From Neptunomonas sp. (lineage in GTDB: Bacteria > Pseudomonadota > Gammaproteobacteria > Pseudomonadales > Balneatricaceae), in assembly GCA_004195305.1 (NCBI GenBank), contig SDWN01000923.1, positions 1 to 33,388 of the forward strand: 33,388 nt of DNA, written 5' to 3'. A model generated the notes under the pieces. That model saw only the letters and a program-made list of their open reading frames with translations. It had not been told where the DNA came from and did no database searches. Shown one piece after another: positions 1-9,910 of this stretch (position 1 is the stretch's first letter; the number at the start of each line of letters is the position of its first letter). The position numbers and the translations under genes are program-made.

Positions 1-48
1 ATCCTCTACCTGATCGGTTTCCGTGATCGCGATAATCTTGAATCTTAG
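1..48 (+). CDS. Possible 3' end of an upstream CDS (ILYLIGFRDRDNLES*), truncated by the window edge
   Basis: Frame 1 is open from base 1 to TAG at 46-48. Too short to identify. Confidence 0.25.
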   Translation: MLYLIGFRDRDNLES

Positions 49-317
49 CCTCCTAGAGTTCAGTCGTCGATGGCAATTGATCTTCGGCTGATACCTGGGG
101 GCATCAAGTCGGGGATGGTGGATTTGCACCCATTCGCAGGTCCTGTGGTTGGTCTGGGTGGTGGGCAGATCATCCCGGCGGGGCAGGCGCTGGATGATAC
201 TGTGCTTGCGGGCATGAGCTATTATGTAAAAAGTGTTGATGGTAGCTTGCCGCGTAAGGAGGCATACGTTGGCCCTGCTCTGGATTACGGGCGGGGCTGT
301 TGGCTGGAGGTGGCTTA

Positions 318-1325
318 TTGGATCAGTTTATTCGCGACCTGCCTAAGGCGGAGTTGCATATCCATATCGAAGGTTCGCTCGAGCCTGAAATGATGTTTAG
401 TCTTGCCGAGCGCAACGCTATCCCGCTGCGTTTTGCCGATGTCGATGCGTTGCGACGCGCCTACCATTTTGATCACCTGCAGGGTTTTCTCGATCTCTAT
501 TATCAGGGGATGGGGGTGCTCCGGACCGAGCAGGATTTCTATGATCTGACCCGAGCTTATCTTGATCGGGCGCATCGGGAGCGGGTATTGCGGGCCGAGA
601 TGTTCTTTGATCCGCAAGCACATGTCGTGCGAGGCGTTGAGTTGGCCAGGGTGGTTGATGGTATCAGTGGCGCGATGGTCGATGCGCAACGCGAGTGGGG
701 GCTCAGCAGTGGGCTGATCTTTTCATTTCTGCGCCATCTGCCGGTCGCGGATGCGGAGGCGATCTTTGAACAGGCGTTGCCGCTGCTGGATCGGTTTATT
801 GCGGTGGGGCTGGACTCGTCGGAGCGCGGCAACCCACCGGGCCCCTTTGCCGCGCTCTACCAGCGCGCGCGCGGACAGGGCTTGTTTACGGTGGCGCATG
901 CCGGTGAAGAGGGCTCTGCCGACTATGTTTGGCAGGCGCTGGAGCGCTTGAAGGTGAACCGTATCGATCACGGCAACCGGGCGCTAGAGGATGAGGCGTT
1001 GGTGCAGGAATTGGTCAGGCGGCAGACCCCGCTGACCCTCTGTCCGCTATCGAACCTGGCGTTAGGCGGGGTCGGTGACCTGAGCGCGCATCCGTTAAAG
1101 CAGATGCTGGACCTGGGGCTTAATGTCTCGGTTCACTCCGATGATCCGGCGTATTTCGGGGGGTATATTAACGCCAATTACAGCGCGGCAGCGGCAGCCC
1201 TGGTCATAGAGCGGCCGCAGCTACTGCAGCTGGCGCGTAACAGTTTTAACGCCGCCTTCGCCTCTCCCGAGCGGGTTGAGGGCTGGTTGAGCCAGCTGGA
1301 TGAATATTCTCGTCAACAGGCTTAA
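318..1325 (+). CDS. add: Adenosine/adenine deaminase family amidohydrolase, probably adenine deaminase
   Basis: LPKAELHIHIEG metal-binding motif, HAGE, RIDHG and SDDP. FFDPQ and GLDSSE are typical of the adenine-specific subgroup (PA0148-like). Start moved to TTG 318 because GGAGGT (306-311) lies 6 nt upstream. Confidence 0.9.
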   Translation: MDQFIRDLPKAELHIHIEGSLEPEMMFSLAERNAIPLRFADVDALRRAYHFDHLQGFLDLYYQGMGVLRTEQDFYDLTRAYLDRAHRERVLRAEMFFDPQAHVVRGVELARVVDGISGAMVDAQREWGLSSGLIFSFLRHLPVADAEAIFEQALPLLDRFIAVGLDSSERGNPPGPFAALYQRARGQGLFTVAHAGEEGSADYVWQALERLKVNRIDHGNRALEDEALVQELVRRQTPLTLCPLSNLALGGVGDLSAHPLKQMLDLGLNVSVHSDDPAYFGGYINANYSAAAAALVIERPQLLQLARNSFNAAFASPERVEGWLSQLDEYSRQQA

Positions 1326-1578
1326 CCCGGATGTTTCATGAAGGGATCGGGGTTTCTGGGCCGGCTGGCTAAGCAGTTGGCTGTATCTTCCGCAAAGCCT
1401 TGGTGGTTCCAAGGATTAAGGGAGATGGAGTCAAATGCAACGCCGGATGGTTCAGAAAACCGATCAGCGCACCCGGTAACAAAGAGTGACTTGTAATATT
1501 AAGTCGTATCTTCAGTAACCATAGGGCTTGCAGTCTGACTACTAGCGTCTTTGTGGAAAATTCGGGTTCAAAACCCTC

Positions 1579-1607
1579 TGGTCAGTCGCAGCTAAGTGGA
1601 TTAGAAT
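1579..1607 (+). promoter_or_regulatory. Candidate sigma70 promoter P1 of the S10 operon
   Basis: TGGTCA-17 nt-TAGAAT followed by GC-rich discriminator CCCGCACC. Confidence 0.55.
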
Positions 1608-1680
1608 CCCGCACCTCCCATTTCTATCATCCGCGTGGATTAAGCTCCCGAGGAATCCTTCCTCTGTGACTTAATTGCAG

Positions 1681-1709
1681 TTGCGCTATTCTCGTCCAAC
1701 GCGTACACT
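1681..1709 (+). promoter_or_regulatory. Candidate sigma70 promoter P2 of the S10 operon
   Basis: TTGCGC-17 nt-TACACT, about 66 nt upstream of the rpsJ start. Confidence 0.55.
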
Positions 1710-1727
1710 TCCGTACCCTTTTTGTAG

Positions 1728-2087
<360 letters not shown>

Positions 2088-2096
2088 TAATCGATA

Positions 2097-2178
2097 AGCG
2101 CTTCGGCGCTATATAAGTTTAAGTAGAGGAATGCTCTGTGAAGGGCAGCCGTAGTGGGTTAAAGCCCCGTACTCAACT
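2097..2178 (+). promoter_or_regulatory. Structured cis-element in rpsJ-rplC spacer: C(UUCG)G hairpin followed by a 23S rRNA H18-H20-like three-way junction
   Basis: AGCGC-TTCG-GCGCT (2097-2110); closing helix AGTaGAG/CTCaACT (2122-2128/2172-2178); TGCTCT-GTGA-AGGGCA (2132-2147); GGGT-TAAA-GCCC (2156-2167). See findings. Confidence 0.75.
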
Positions 2179-2194
2179 GGCAAGAGGTTTAAAT

Positions 2195-2833
2195 ATGACT
2201 ATTGGTTTAGTCGGACGGAAAGCGGGGATGACCCGCGTATTCACTGATGATGGTGTATCCGTGCCAGTCACGGTCATCGAAGTGGAACCGAACCGTGTGA
2301 CCCAGCTGAAGACAGTCGATGTCGACGGCTATAGCGCATTCCAGATCACTCTGGGCGCTAAGAAAGCTTCACGTGTTACTAAGCCTGCGGCGGGTCATTT
2401 CGCCAAGGCTAGTACCGAAGCGGGTCGCGGTTTATGGGAGTTTCGCTTGGCAGATGGCGAAGAAGTTCAGGTTGGAGATCAGTTGACTGTTACGACTTTT
2501 GAAGTCGGGCAGAAAGTTGACGTGACCGGCAGATCTAAAGGTAAAGGTTTTCAGGGCGGTGTTAAGCGCTGGAACTTTGCTATGCAGGATGCCACTCACG
2601 GTAACTCAATCTCTCACCGTGCTCCTGGTTCCATTGGTCAGTGTCAAACCCCTGGACGTGTATTCAAGGGTAAGAAGATGGCTGGTCACATGGGTGATGA
2701 GAATGTCACTGTGCAGACTCTGGAAGTCGTTCGCGTAGACGTAGAACGTAACCTGCTCCTGATTAAGGGTGCGGTTCCGGGTTGTGCTGGCGGTGATGTG
2801 ATTGTTAAACCAGCGGTTAAAACGCGCGGCTAA
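2195..2833 (+). CDS. rplC: 50S ribosomal protein L3
   Basis: [13 protein letters not shown]...[24 protein letters not shown]; SD GAGG at 2184-2187. Confidence 0.99.
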   Translation: MTIGLVGRKAGMTRVFTDDGVSVPVTVIEVEPNRVTQLKTVDVDGYSAFQITLGAKKASRVTKPAAGHFAKASTEAGRGLWEFRLADGEEVQVGDQLTVTTFEVGQKVDVTGRSKGKGFQGGVKRWNFAMQDATHGNSISHRAPGSIGQCQTPGRVFKGKKMAGHMGDENVTVQTLEVVRVDVERNLLLIKGAVPGCAGGDVIVKPAVKTRG

Positions 2834-2844
2834 GGGGGATGACA

Positions 2845-3450
2845 ATGAATCTTACTATTGCAGGCGCTAGCGGCTCGGTCGAAGTTTCCGAGCTGGCCTT
2901 TGGTAAAGAGTTTAACGAAGCACTGGTTCACCAGGTCGTTACTGCCTATTTGGCAGGTGCGCGTCAGGGTACTCGTGCTCAGAAAACCCGCGCAGAAGTG
3001 CGTGGTGGTGGTGCTAAGCCTTGGCGTCAAAAAGGCACTGGTCGTGCTCGTGCAGGTACTATCCGCAGCCCGATCTGGCGCTCCGGTGGTGTGACCTTTG
3101 CAGCGAAGCCGCAAGATCATTCGCAAAAAGTTAACAAGAAGATGTATCGCGCTGCGATACGTTGCATCTTCTCTGAGCTGGTACGTCAGGATCGTTTGGT
3201 TGTGGTTGAAGAGCTTAAGCTCGAGGCCCCTAAGACCAAGCTGATGGTTGCCAAGCTGAAAGAGATGGATCTGGCTAATGTTCTGATCGTCACCGAAGGT
3301 GTTGATCTGGATCTTTATCTGGCTGCGCGTAACCTGCCTAGAGTTAATGTGTTGGATGCTGCGGCAATCGACCCAGTAAGTCTGGTTGGTAGCGATAAGG
3401 TGCTGGTAACTGTTGCTGCACTGAAGAAAATTGAGGAGATGTTGGGATGA
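2845..3450 (+). CDS. rplD: 50S ribosomal protein L4
   Basis: [14 protein letters not shown] motif. ATG 2845 preferred over 2839 on SD spacing. Confidence 0.99.
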   Translation: MNLTIAGASGSVEVSELAFGKEFNEALVHQVVTAYLAGARQGTRAQKTRAEVRGGGAKPWRQKGTGRARAGTIRSPIWRSGGVTFAAKPQDHSQKVNKKMYRAAIRCIFSELVRQDRLVVVEELKLEAPKTKLMVAKLKEMDLANVLIVTEGVDLDLYLAARNLPRVNVLDAAAIDPVSLVGSDKVLVTVAALKKIEEMLG

Positions 3451-3740
3451 ACCAAGAGCGCATCTTCAAAGTTCTGTTAGGCCCACATATCTCTGAGAAG
3501 GCGACGATCGTTGCCGAAGATGCTCAGCAGGTTGTTTTCCGCGTGGCGTCTGATGCGACTAAGCCTGAGATAAAGAAGGCTGTCGAGCAGTTGTTCGAAG
3601 TTAAGGTTGCGAGTGTTCGTGTGCTGAACGTTAAGGGTAAAACCAAGCGTACCGCGCATGGCATGGGGCAGCGTAAGAGCATCCGCAAAGCTTATGTTCG
3701 TTTGGCTGAAGGCCATGACATCGACTTCGTCGGCGAATAA
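3447..3740 (+). CDS. rplW: 50S ribosomal protein L23
   Basis: PHISEKA...[18 protein letters not shown]...KAYVRL; ATGA overlap with rplD. Confidence 0.99.
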   Translation: MNQERIFKVLLGPHISEKATIVAEDAQQVVFRVASDATKPEIKKAVEQLFEVKVASVRVLNVKGKTKRTAHGMGQRKSIRKAYVRLAEGHDIDFVGE

Positions 3741-3753
3741 GGGAGGCTAACAA

Positions 3754-4581
3754 ATGGCTATTGTTAAATGTAAACCGACCTCGCCTGGCCGTCGCCATGT
3801 GGTTAAGGTTGTAAATACCGATCTGCACAAAGGAGCGCCTCACGCGCCTTTGCTGGAGAGTCAGTCCAAGTCTGGCGGTCGTAACAATAACGGCCGTATC
3901 ACTACCCGTCATATCGGTGGTGGTCATAAGCAGCATTATCGTATTGTCGATTTTAAGCGTAACAAGGACGGCATTCCTGCTGTTGTTGAGCGTTTGGAAT
4001 ACGATCCAAACCGTACCGCTAACATCGCCCTGCTGAAATATGCTGACGGTGAGCGTCGTTACATCATTGCTGCTAAAGGTATGCAGGCAGGTGATCAGAT
4101 CTTATCTGGTGCCGGCGCTGATATTAAAGTAGGCAACACGCTGCCATTGCGGAATATTCCTCTGGGTAGTGTGATTCACTGTATCGAGCTTAAGCCTGGC
4201 AAGGGTGCGCAGATGGTGCGTAGTGCTGGTGCTTCTGCGCAGCTGGTTGCGCGTGAGGGTGCTCATGCAACCTTGCGTTTGCGTTCCGGTGAAATGCGTA
4301 AGGTCCTGGTTGATTGTCGCGCTACGCTGGGTGAGGTCGGTAACGGCGAGCACTCTCTGCGTAACCTGGGTAAGGCTGGAGCCAGTCGTTGGCGTGGCGT
4401 TCGTCCCACCGTTCGCGGTGTTGCGATGAACCCTGTTGATCACCCGCATGGTGGTGGTGAAGGTCGTACCTCTGGTGGCCGTCATCCCGTATCTCCATGG
4501 GGCGTTCCGACCAAGGGCTACAAAACTCGTAAGAACAAGCGTACCGATAAGCTTATCGTACGTCGTCGTTCTAAGAAATAA
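3754..4581 (+). CDS. rplB: 50S ribosomal protein L2
   Basis: EYDPNRTA and [17 protein letters not shown] motifs. Confidence 0.99.
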   Translation: MAIVKCKPTSPGRRHVVKVVNTDLHKGAPHAPLLESQSKSGGRNNNGRITTRHIGGGHKQHYRIVDFKRNKDGIPAVVERLEYDPNRTANIALLKYADGERRYIIAAKGMQAGDQILSGAGADIKVGNTLPLRNIPLGSVIHCIELKPGKGAQMVRSAGASAQLVAREGAHATLRLRSGEMRKVLVDCRATLGEVGNGEHSLRNLGKAGASRWRGVRPTVRGVAMNPVDHPHGGGEGRTSGGRHPVSPWGVPTKGYKTRKNKRTDKLIVRRRSKK

Positions 4582-4605
4582 AATACTGAATTCGAGGTAA
4601 CGGCT

Positions 4606-4881
4606 GTGCCACGTTCACTTAAGAAAGGTCCTTTTATAGACCTTCACTTGATGAAGAAGGTTGAGGCTGCCATCGAGAAGGGCGACCGTAAGCCAATCAA
4701 GACTTGGTCTCGTCGCTCTACGATCTTCCCGAACTTTGTCGGGTTGACGATTGCAGTCCATAACGGACGCCAACATGTTCCTGTCTTCGTGACTGAAGAC
4801 ATGGTAGGTCATAAGCTGGGTGAGTTTTCTGTTACCCGCACCTACCGCGGGCATGCTGCTGATAAGAAAGCGAAGCGTTAG
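4606..4881 (+). CDS. rpsS: 30S ribosomal protein S19
   Basis: [10 protein letters not shown]...MVGHKLGEF; GTG start. Confidence 0.99.
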   Translation: MPRSLKKGPFIDLHLMKKVEAAIEKGDRKPIKTWSRRSTIFPNFVGLTIAVHNGRQHVPVFVTEDMVGHKLGEFSVTRTYRGHAADKKAKR

Positions 4882-4895
4882 GCGAGGATATAGAG

Positions 4896-5228
4896 ATGGA
4901 AGTAGCCGCTAAATTAAAAGGCGCTCGCTTATCCGCGCAGAAAGCTCGCTTAGTAGCGAACCAGATCCGCGGTAAGTCTGTTGATGAAGCCCTGAATCTC
5001 CTGACTTTCAGCCCCAAAAAGGGTGCTGCAATCATGAAGAAAGTGCTGGAGTCGGCAATTGCTAACGCCGAGCACAATGAAGGCGCTGATGTTGATGAGC
5101 TAAAGGTATCCACCATATTTGTGGATGAAGGTGTGACCATGAAGCGCATTAAGCCGCGTGCCAAGGGTCGTGCTGATCGTGTCCTGAAGCGTTCTTGTCA
5201 CATCACCGTCAAGGTTGCAGAGAGCTAG
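4896..5228 (+). CDS. rplV: 50S ribosomal protein L22
   Basis: SAQKARLVA...PRAKGRADR. Confidence 0.99.
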   Translation: MEVAAKLKGARLSAQKARLVANQIRGKSVDEALNLLTFSPKKGAAIMKKVLESAIANAEHNEGADVDELKVSTIFVDEGVTMKRIKPRAKGRADRVLKRSCHITVKVAES

Positions 5229-5238
5229 GAGATAAACC

Positions 5239-5925
5239 ATGGGTCATAAAATACATCCGACAGGTTATCGACTTGGTATTGTTAAGGACCATACATCGGT
5301 CTGGTACGCGAGTCGCTCTACCTATGCTAAAAACCTGCTGCAAGATCTGGAGGTGCGTAAGTATCTTCAGGACAAGCTGAAGGCAGCGTCTGTTAGCCGC
5401 ATCGAGATTGAACGTCCTGCGCAGAATGCGCGTATTACTATCCATACCGCACGTCCGGGTATTGTGATTGGTAAGAAAGGCGATGATGTTGAAAAGTTGC
5501 GTACCGCTATCACTAACATGATGGGTGTGCCGGTTCAGATCAACATCGAAGAGATTCGTAAGCCAGAGCTGGATGCACTATTGGTCGCTCAAGGCGTTGC
5601 GAGTCAGCTTGAGCGTCGTGTGATGTTCCGTCGTGCGATGAAGCGCGCGGTTCAGAACGCTATGCGTCTGGGCGCAAAGGGTATCAAGGTTCAGGTTGGT
5701 GGTCGTTTGGGAGGAGCTGAAATTGCTCGTTCTGAGTGGTATCGCGAAGGCCGAGTACCTCTACACACCCTACGTGCCGATATCGATTACGGCACTTACG
5801 AAGCTCATACAACCTACGGCATCATTGGTGTCAAGGTGTGGATCTTTAAGGGTGAGGTTTTGGGTGGTATCGAGCAGGTTCGTGCTCAGAAACATGCCGC
5901 TGCAAAGAAAAAAGCTGCTAAGTAG
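5239..5925 (+). CDS. rpsC: 30S ribosomal protein S3
   Basis: [13 protein letters not shown] motif; [14 protein letters not shown]. Confidence 0.99.
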   Translation: MGHKIHPTGYRLGIVKDHTSVWYASRSTYAKNLLQDLEVRKYLQDKLKAASVSRIEIERPAQNARITIHTARPGIVIGKKGDDVEKLRTAITNMMGVPVQINIEEIRKPELDALLVAQGVASQLERRVMFRRAMKRAVQNAMRLGAKGIKVQVGGRLGGAEIARSEWYREGRVPLHTLRADIDYGTYEAHTTYGIIGVKVWIFKGEVLGGIEQVRAQKHAAAKKKAAK

Positions 5926-5936
5926 AGGGTACGTCA

Positions 5937-6350
5937 ATGCTACAACCTAAGCGTACAAAATACCGCAAGATGATGAAGGGCCGTAACCGCGGCCTGGCAG
6001 AACGCGGAAGTAAAGTAAGCTTTGGCGAATTCGGACTCAAGGCTACAGGCCGCGGTCGCATCACTGCTCGGCAGATTGAGGCGGCACGTCGTGCTATGAC
6101 TCGTCACGTCAAGCGTGGCGGTAAAATCTGGATTCGTGTTTTTCCCGACAAGCCTATTACCGGTAAGCCTCTGGAAGTTCGTCAGGGTAAAGGTAAGGGT
6201 AACGTCGAATATTGGGTAGCTCAGATTCAGCCTGGAAAGGTTTTGTTTGAGATGGAAGGTGTTCCTGAGCAGTTGGCTGCTGAAGCCTTTGCTCTGGCTG
6301 CTGCCAAGCTACCTTTGGCGACAACCATTGTTAAGCGGACGGTGATGTAA
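5937..6350 (+). CDS. rplP: 50S ribosomal protein L16
   Basis: [11 protein letters not shown]...[12 protein letters not shown]...GKGKG. Confidence 0.99.
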   Translation: MLQPKRTKYRKMMKGRNRGLAERGSKVSFGEFGLKATGRGRITARQIEAARRAMTRHVKRGGKIWIRVFPDKPITGKPLEVRQGKGKGNVEYWVAQIQPGKVLFEMEGVPEQLAAEAFALAAAKLPLATTIVKRTVM

Positions 6351-6541
6351 TGAACACTGTTGAATTACGTGAAAAGTCCGTAGATGAGCTAAATCAAGAG
6401 CTGCTGGGTCTGCTTAAGGAACAGTTCAATCTGCGGATGCAGAAGAGTTCTGGTCAGCTAGCGCAGTCCCATCTGATGGGTAATGTGCGTCGTGACATTG
6501 CTCGGATCAAAACAGTGCTGAACGAGAAGGCAGGTAACTAA
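6350..6541 (+). CDS. rpmC: 50S ribosomal protein L29
   Basis: EQFNLRMQ...[10 protein letters not shown]; 63 aa. Confidence 0.99.
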   Translation: MNTVELREKSVDELNQELLGLLKEQFNLRMQKSSGQLAQSHLMGNVRRDIARIKTVLNEKAGN

Positions 6542-6543
6542 GC

Positions 6544-6804
6544 ATGGCAGAGAAATCAATCCGCACTGCAACCGGCCGTGTTGTTAGTGACAAGATGGAT
6601 AAGACCATCACGGTACTGATTGAGCGCAAGGAGAAGCATCCTATTTACGGTAAGTACGTAAAGCGCTCTACCAAGCTACATGCCCATGATGAGAACAATG
6701 AGTGCGGAATGGGGGACTTGGTAGTAGTCAAGGAAACCCGTCCATACTCTAAGTCTAAAACTTGGGCTCTAGTAACAATTGAAGAACACGCAGCAAAGGT
6801 GTAG
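6544..6804 (+). CDS. rpsQ: 30S ribosomal protein S17
   Basis: [12 protein letters not shown]...HPIYGK...HAHDENN. Confidence 0.99.
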   Translation: MAEKSIRTATGRVVSDKMDKTITVLIERKEKHPIYGKYVKRSTKLHAHDENNECGMGDLVVVKETRPYSKSKTWALVTIEEHAAKV

Positions 6805-6807
6805 TAT
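6779..6807 (+). promoter_or_regulatory. Candidate spc operon promoter overlapping the rpsQ 3' end
   Basis: TTGAAG (6779-6784)-17 nt-TAGTAT (6802-6807), then discriminator ACGCGCC. Confidence 0.6.
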
Positions 6808-6875
6808 ACGCGCCTTCGCTCTGAGCCTGGATCTCTCTTTAGGGTGATCCGGGCCGTGTGTTATGGAGTAAGACG

Positions 6876-7247
6876 ATGATTCAAACAGAATCGGTACTTG
6901 ACGTCGCTGATAACAGCGGTGCCAAGCGCGTTCAATGCATTAAGGTACTCGGCGGTTCACATCGTCGTTATGCTCGCATTGGCGATATTATTAAAGTTAC
7001 CGTTAAGGAAGCGATTCCGCGCGGTAAGGTTAAGAAAGGCCAGGTCATGAAGGCTGTGGTTGTGCGTACCAAGAAGGGCGTTCGTCGCCCTGATGGTTCC
7101 ATCATCCGCTTCGATGTCAATTCTGCAGTGCTGCTGAACGATGCTAGCGAGCAGATTATTGGTACTCGTATCTTCGGACCCGTTACGCGTGAGCTTCGCA
7201 ATGAGAAGTTCATGAAGATCGTTTCCCTGGCGCCTGAAGTGCTATAA
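6876..7247 (+). CDS. rplN: 50S ribosomal protein L14
   Basis: [17 protein letters not shown]...RIFGPV...SLAPEVL; SD GGAG upstream of ATG 6876. Confidence 0.99.
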   Translation: MIQTESVLDVADNSGAKRVQCIKVLGGSHRRYARIGDIIKVTVKEAIPRGKVKKGQVMKAVVVRTKKGVRRPDGSIIRFDVNSAVLLNDASEQIIGTRIFGPVTRELRNEKFMKIVSLAPEVL

Positions 7248-7357
7248 AGACCAAGCTCCGAGTAGCTTGTGTTTATGTGAAACGCTGAGGCCTGATGTGA
7301 ATCGGGTTCTTGGCGTTTTGAGCATGAGAAGGTAGTAGGAAAGATAAGGTAATAGCA

Positions 7358-7675
7358 ATGCGCAAAATCAGACGTGATGATGAAATAATCGTCATAGCCG
7401 GAAGAGATAAGGGTAAGCGCGGTAAGGTGATGAAGATCACTGGCGATGACCGTTATTTTGTTTCTGGCATCAATATGGTGAAGAAGCATACCAAGCCCAA
7501 TCCGATGGCTGGCCAGGCTGGCGGCATCGTAGAGAAGGAGGCGCCGATTGCGGCTTCCAATGTAGCGCTGTTTAATGCGGCTACAGGTAAGGGTGACCGT
7601 GTAGGCTTCAAGATCTTGGAAGACGGTACCAAGGTTCGTTATTTTAAATCCAACGGCGAAGTTGTCGGCGGATAA
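7358..7675 (+). CDS. rplX: 50S ribosomal protein L24
   Basis: KOW motif [11 protein letters not shown]; [15 protein letters not shown]. Confidence 0.99.
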   Translation: MRKIRRDDEIIVIAGRDKGKRGKVMKITGDDRYFVSGINMVKKHTKPNPMAGQAGGIVEKEAPIAASNVALFNAATGKGDRVGFKILEDGTKVRYFKSNGEVVGG

Positions 7676-7691
7676 TAGGGGAGCAGGTACC

Positions 7692-8228
7692 ATGTCAAGA
7701 TTGAAAGCACTATATAAAGACAAAGTTGCTGCTCAGGTTCAGCAGGAGCTGGGTCTGAATGCAATGCAGGTTCCCCGGATCACCAAGATCACTCTGAACA
7801 TGGGTGTAGGTGAGGGTATCGGTGACAAGAAGATGATCGACAATGCAGTTGCTGATATGGAAGCGATTGCTGGCCAGAAAGCAGTTGTGACGCTGGCGCG
7901 TAAATCTGTTGCGGGCTTTAAGGTTCGTGAAGGTTGGCCGGTCGGTTGTAAAGTTACCCTGCGCGGCGCGCGTATGTGGGAATTCTTTGATCGTCTGGTT
8001 GATGTTGCAATCCCCCGTATTCGTGACTTCCGTGGTTTGAGCTCCAAATCATTTGACGGTCGCGGCAACTACAGTATGGGTGTTAAAGAGCAGATCATTT
8101 TCCCGGAAATCGATTACGACAAAGTTGATAAGCTGCGCGGTATGGATATCACCATTTCCACGACTGCTGTCAACGACGTTGAAGGTCGGGCTGTGATGAC
8201 CGCTCTGGGTTTCCCCTTTAAAAAATAA
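7692..8228 (+). CDS. rplE: 50S ribosomal protein L5
   Basis: KITLNMGVG...PRIRDFRG...[10 protein letters not shown]...IFPEI. Confidence 0.99.
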   Translation: MSRLKALYKDKVAAQVQQELGLNAMQVPRITKITLNMGVGEGIGDKKMIDNAVADMEAIAGQKAVVTLARKSVAGFKVREGWPVGCKVTLRGARMWEFFDRLVDVAIPRIRDFRGLSSKSFDGRGNYSMGVKEQIIFPEIDYDKVDKLRGMDITISTTAVNDVEGRAVMTALGFPFKK

Positions 8229-8240
8229 CGGTGGATTGCA

Positions 8241-8546
8241 ATGGCTAAGGAATCAATGAAGGCGCGTGAAGCAAAACGTGCCAAGACAGTTGCTAAGTAT
8301 GCTGTTAAGCGTGCTCAGATAAAGGCGATCATCAGCTCCACTGCCTCATCCGATGATGAGCGTTGGGAAGCGCAGGTTAGCCTTCAGGCTCTGCCGCGTG
8401 ATGCGAGCCCCTGTCGTCAACGTCGTCGCTGCCAGATCACTGGTCGGCCGCACGGTGTTTATCGTAAATTCGGGTTATCCCGAATTAAGCTTCGTGAAGC
8501 TGCCATGCGCGGTGATGTACCAGGCTTGAAAAAAGCTAGTTGGTAA
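8241..8546 (+). CDS. rpsN: 30S ribosomal protein S14 (101-aa, non-zinc-ribbon type)
   Basis: [10 protein letters not shown]...[10 protein letters not shown]...PGLKKASW. Confidence 0.99.
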   Translation: MAKESMKAREAKRAKTVAKYAVKRAQIKAIISSTASSDDERWEAQVSLQALPRDASPCRQRRRCQITGRPHGVYRKFGLSRIKLREAAMRGDVPGLKKASW

Positions 8547-8601
8547 GCGTCGATTCCAATTCCTGGAATCGCATGGCTGCACAATAGTGAGGACTCATTA
8601 A

Positions 8602-8994
8602 ATGAGCATGCAAGACACACTTGCGGATATGCTGACGCGTATTCGTAACGGTTTGATGGCTGAAAAAGTCACCGTGTCCATGCCTGCATCTACACAGAAA
8701 AAGGCGGTTGCCCAGGTTCTGTTAGATGAAGGTTATATCACGGGTTTTAGTATTGAAGGCGATGTAAAGCCAACGCTGAACGTCGATCTTAAGTATTTCG
8801 AAGGCAAGCCCGTAATCGAGACAATCGATCGCGTAAGCCGCCCCTCTCTGCGTATCTATAAGGCTGCTAACGAGCTGCCTAAAGTACGTGATGGGCTGGG
8901 TATTGCCATTATTTCAACCTCTAAAGGTGTCATGACCGATCGCGCAGCCCGTGCTGCAAACGTCGGTGGTGAAGTCATCTGCACCGTATTCTAG
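8602..8994 (+). CDS. rpsH: 30S ribosomal protein S8
   Basis: [16 protein letters not shown]...[13 protein letters not shown]...GGEVIC. Confidence 0.99.
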   Translation: MSMQDTLADMLTRIRNGLMAEKVTVSMPASTQKKAVAQVLLDEGYITGFSIEGDVKPTLNVDLKYFEGKPVIETIDRVSRPSLRIYKAANELPKVRDGLGIAIISTSKGVMTDRAARAANVGGEVICTVF

Positions 8995-9003
8995 GAGGTT
9001 GAC

Positions 9004-9537
9004 ATGTCACGTATCGCTAAAGCGCCCGTCGTTATCCCTGCTGGCGTAGAGATTGAACTCAAGGGTCAGTCCTTGAGTGTTAAAGGTAGTAAGGGCACTC
9101 TGGGGCTGAATGTTCACCCGAGTGTTACTGTTGCTGCTGATGAAGGCGTGCTGCAGTTTGGTGCCCGCGATGGTTCCAAGCAGTCGAAGGCACTTTCTGG
9201 TACTATGCGCTCCCTCGCTAACAACATGGTTGTTGGTGTAAGCCAGGGCTTTGAGAAGAAGCTTGAGTTGGTTGGTGTTGGTTATCGTGGCGCGGTCAAG
9301 GGAACGGTTGTTAACCTGTCTCTGGGCTTCTCGCATCCGGTTGACTACCAACTGCCTGAAGGTGTTTCTGCAGAGATGCCGTCTCAGACTGCTATCGTCC
9401 TGAAGGCTGCTGATAAGCAGAAACTGGGACAGGCCGCCGCTGAAATTCGCGCTTTCCGTCCACCTGAGCCTTATAAGGGCAAGGGTGTTCGCTATGCTGA
9501 CGAGAATGTGCGTCGTAAAGAAGCTAAGAAGAAATAG
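9004..9537 (+). CDS. rplF: 50S ribosomal protein L6
   Basis: LGFSHPV...[13 protein letters not shown]. Confidence 0.99.
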   Translation: MSRIAKAPVVIPAGVEIELKGQSLSVKGSKGTLGLNVHPSVTVAADEGVLQFGARDGSKQSKALSGTMRSLANNMVVGVSQGFEKKLELVGVGYRGAVKGTVVNLSLGFSHPVDYQLPEGVSAEMPSQTAIVLKAADKQKLGQAAAEIRAFRPPEPYKGKGVRYADENVRRKEAKKK

Positions 9538-9549
9538 TAGGGCAGGATC

Positions 9550-9900
9550 ATGAGCGTAAAGAATGAATCTCGTTTACGTCGTGCCCGCCGCTCTCGCTGT
9601 AAAATGCGTGAGATGGATGCGACACGTCTATGTGTCTACCGTACCCCTCGGCACGTCTATGCCCAGATTATTTCTGGCTGCGGCGGCAAAGTACTTGCGA
9701 GTGCTTCGACGGTAGAAAAAGAGTTGCGTGAAGGTGCTACCGGTAATATCGAGGCCGCCACTAAGGTGGGTGCTCTGATTGCCGAGCGTGCTAAGACCGC
9801 AGGTGTTACCAAGGTTGCTTTTGATCGTGCCGGTTTTAAATACCACGGCCGAGTCAAAGCGTTGGCAGAAGCAGCGCGTGAAGGCGGCCTGGAATTCTAA
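9550..9900 (+). CDS. rplR: 50S ribosomal protein L18
   Basis: [26 protein letters not shown]. Confidence 0.99.
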   Translation: MSVKNESRLRRARRSRCKMREMDATRLCVYRTPRHVYAQIISGCGGKVLASASTVEKELREGATGNIEAATKVGALIAERAKTAGVTKVAFDRAGFKYHGRVKALAEAAREGGLEF

Positions 9901-9910
9901 AGGTTAGGTT

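Noticed and set aside
70-393. 107-aa ORF overlapping add
   Set aside because: No recognisable motif or clear SD, and it overlaps the well-supported add gene in another frame.
2124-2174. rRNA gene fragment or misassembled 23S read
   Set aside because: The similarity is limited to about 51 nt, carries compensatory changes, and sits seamlessly between intact rpsJ and rplC. It is better explained as an mRNA element than as an rRNA feature.
6968-7723. 251-aa antisense ORF across rplN-rplX, and similar antisense ORFs at 14190-14777 and 28984-29715
   Set aside because: Shadow frames of strongly biased housekeeping genes with no recognisable motifs.
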